Origin: Klebsormidium nitens | Lineage: Eukaryota; Plantae; Klebsormidiophyceae | NCBI GenBank assembly: GCA_000708835.1 | Contig: DF237048.1 | Coordinates: forward strand, 142,396-206,395 | Direction of reading: 5' to 3' | Length of the DNA: 64,000 nucleotides | Shown here: positions 62,536-64,000 of the stretch, in pieces | Layout: every line of letters starts with the position of its first letter | How positions within the stretch are numbered: position 1 is the stretch's first letter | Made by a program: the position numbers and the translations under genes | Notes under the pieces: generated by a model | What the model was told of the DNA's origin: nothing | What the model saw: only the letters and a program-made list of their open reading frames with translations | The model's database searches: none

Positions 62536-62769
62536 CTGCAGTCACGGCACCAGACAATTTGAAGATGAAATCAGCCTTCCAGAGATATGTATCTTTCAGC
62601 TAAATTTCTGGACTTCTCCTGAGTGCTCGATTTTGAACATAACTTCAAGAGATGTCTTTTGATGGACAAACTAACGACGAACAAACACCAACAGAATTAA
62701 GGATTTTAAGCTACCCTTTGTCTGACTGATGAGTAAGTGGTCGCTCTGAGTGGCCCTGTCAGTCCGAAA

Positions 62770-62826
62770 AAATAAACAAACAGACAAAGAAACAGACAAA
62801 CAAACAAACAAACGAACAAACAAACA
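62770..62826. repeat. Imperfect (AAAC)n microsatellite
   Basis: AAATAAACAAACAGACAAAGAAACAGACAAACAAACAAACAAACGAACAAACAAACA. Confidence 0.9.
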
Positions 62827-63577
62827 CGCCGCCACCACTGTTTGCAAGCCGCTACTTCTTGATCAATACATGGGGATACTTGCCACTAATAAGGCTACAT
62901 GTTGGCATAACAATCTTAAGAAACTTTGCATTGAAAATTAGCGCTCGGTCCTGGAAGAGGTTTGGGTCATGATCGATGCAGTACTTCAGATTGAGTAGAA
63001 AAGACAATAAAGCACTTTTTGAAGGCTCAGCTTAGAATTCGATCATGCCTACCTTGCGGAAAGCCCTTGTATCCCCCTTCCCTCCTCTACTCAAAACCCT
63101 CCTCCCAAGCGGCCTCGCTATTTTAAACTGACAAGCTGCTCACGAACACTGACAGGTGCTCACATCTCTCTCGCACTGCCATTGCCAGTGCAAGCCACCC
63201 TAGTCTGCAGCTCGTCTGCAGTCAGAAAACCTGTTGATTTTTGAGGGAGGGCTTGGGCTGGCAGTGGCTGTGCTGCGCCTGCATGAAAAAGAAGCGGCAC
63301 GCGCGCCTTTTCAAAACGAAGTTCTGCTTACTCATTTCAGGTCCCTAATATGAGTCATATTATGACGATATGGTACAGACATTTCACCAGATTCTTGACT
63401 ATTATCGAATAGGCTTAGGTGCGATAATAGTGGTGAATACTTCGATAAGACTCTTCGAATAATATTTAGGACTGTGCGTAGTCCGCAGATATAGAGTATA
63501 AATAGCTCATGGCGGAGTTGGAAGTTCCTCATTCCAACTCGCCACTTTAGAAAACTAGCAGAGTCTTGCTTGTAATA

Positions 63578-63769
63578 CCGTACTGCTATTTGATTTCGGC
63601 ACCTTCGACGCCAAAAAGTTAATTATGAAACTTTTTATCCTTTCGGCAGACCTAGTGTTACCAGCTAAAAAACACCGTTATCGACCATTATCGCTCCAGA
63701 ATATTTTCCAGCGAAATTCGGCAGGGCACATAATTATTTATTTTTTGCCGAAATTACGTAGCAGTACGG
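63578..63769. mobile_element. Short non-autonomous TIR element (MITE), TA-flanked, Tc1/mariner-like
   Basis: TA|CCGTACTGCTA (63578-88)...TAGCAGTACGG|TA (63759-69). The inverted arms 63573-63602 and 63745-63774 match at 25 of 30 positions. Confidence 0.7.
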
Positions 63770-64000
63770 TAGTATGGGCGCCTCTCCTCAGCCGCCCTTA
63801 CCAACGTGCCCAGCCAGTCCTGTGTGCTGCCCAAGAGTCACCCCCTCGCGGACAGTGCCACTTCGTCATCCCCTGCTGTACGCGAGCCCGCGCGCGCGCG
63901 GAAGGAGTTTCGCGCGGCGGCCGGCGACCGAGAAGATAGTTTGGGTGGCGTTCAGGCGTCGACGGCGACGATGAAGACCACCAGTAGTTAGAGTCGTAGA

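Noticed and set aside
63509-63543. Small hairpin GAGTTGGAA...TTCCAACTC
   Set aside because: An isolated short stem with no supporting context; intrinsic terminators are not expected in a eukaryotic nuclear locus.
100-63991. Most ORFs in the six-frame track (60-180 aa)
   Set aside because: They are antisense or alternative-frame shadows of real exons (e.g. 28914-29258, 54263-54697, 62004-62516) or chance ORFs in introns and decayed DNA, with no recognisable motifs.
63970-64000. ATG after a GC-rich leader, possibly the start of the next + strand gene
   Set aside because: Truncated by the window edge; no product evidence.

Overview
Intron-rich eukaryotic genomic DNA. The plant-type orthologues and GT-AG introns suggest a streptophyte green alga such as Klebsormidium; this is an inference and was not checked against any database. 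Bases ~1-18,000 are decayed sequence: a ~3.68-kb-period degenerate tandem array (~3.3-16.3 kb), smaller duplications and a probable BTB/BACK pseudogene. From 19 kb onward there are seven spliced genes and one single-exon CDS: FIP37/WTAP (-), VPS23/ELC (+), prolyl 4-hydroxylase with ShKT domain (-), CCDC112-like (+), NAD-dependent epimerase (-), F-box/LRR (-), MMTAG2-like (+), and a BTB/POZ gene (-) with an apparent 1-nt frameshift. The most striking pattern is recurrent tandem duplication of ~120-170 bp units that straddle exon/intron junctions. It occurs at five loci in four genes and leaves arrays of decoy splice sites, most of which would give premature stops or frameshifts. Also found: a ~630-bp indel-free degenerate palindrome between divergent genes and a TA-flanked 192-bp MITE. 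Gene models were built by eye from splice signals and remembered family motifs. No rRNA, tRNA or CRISPR array was seen.
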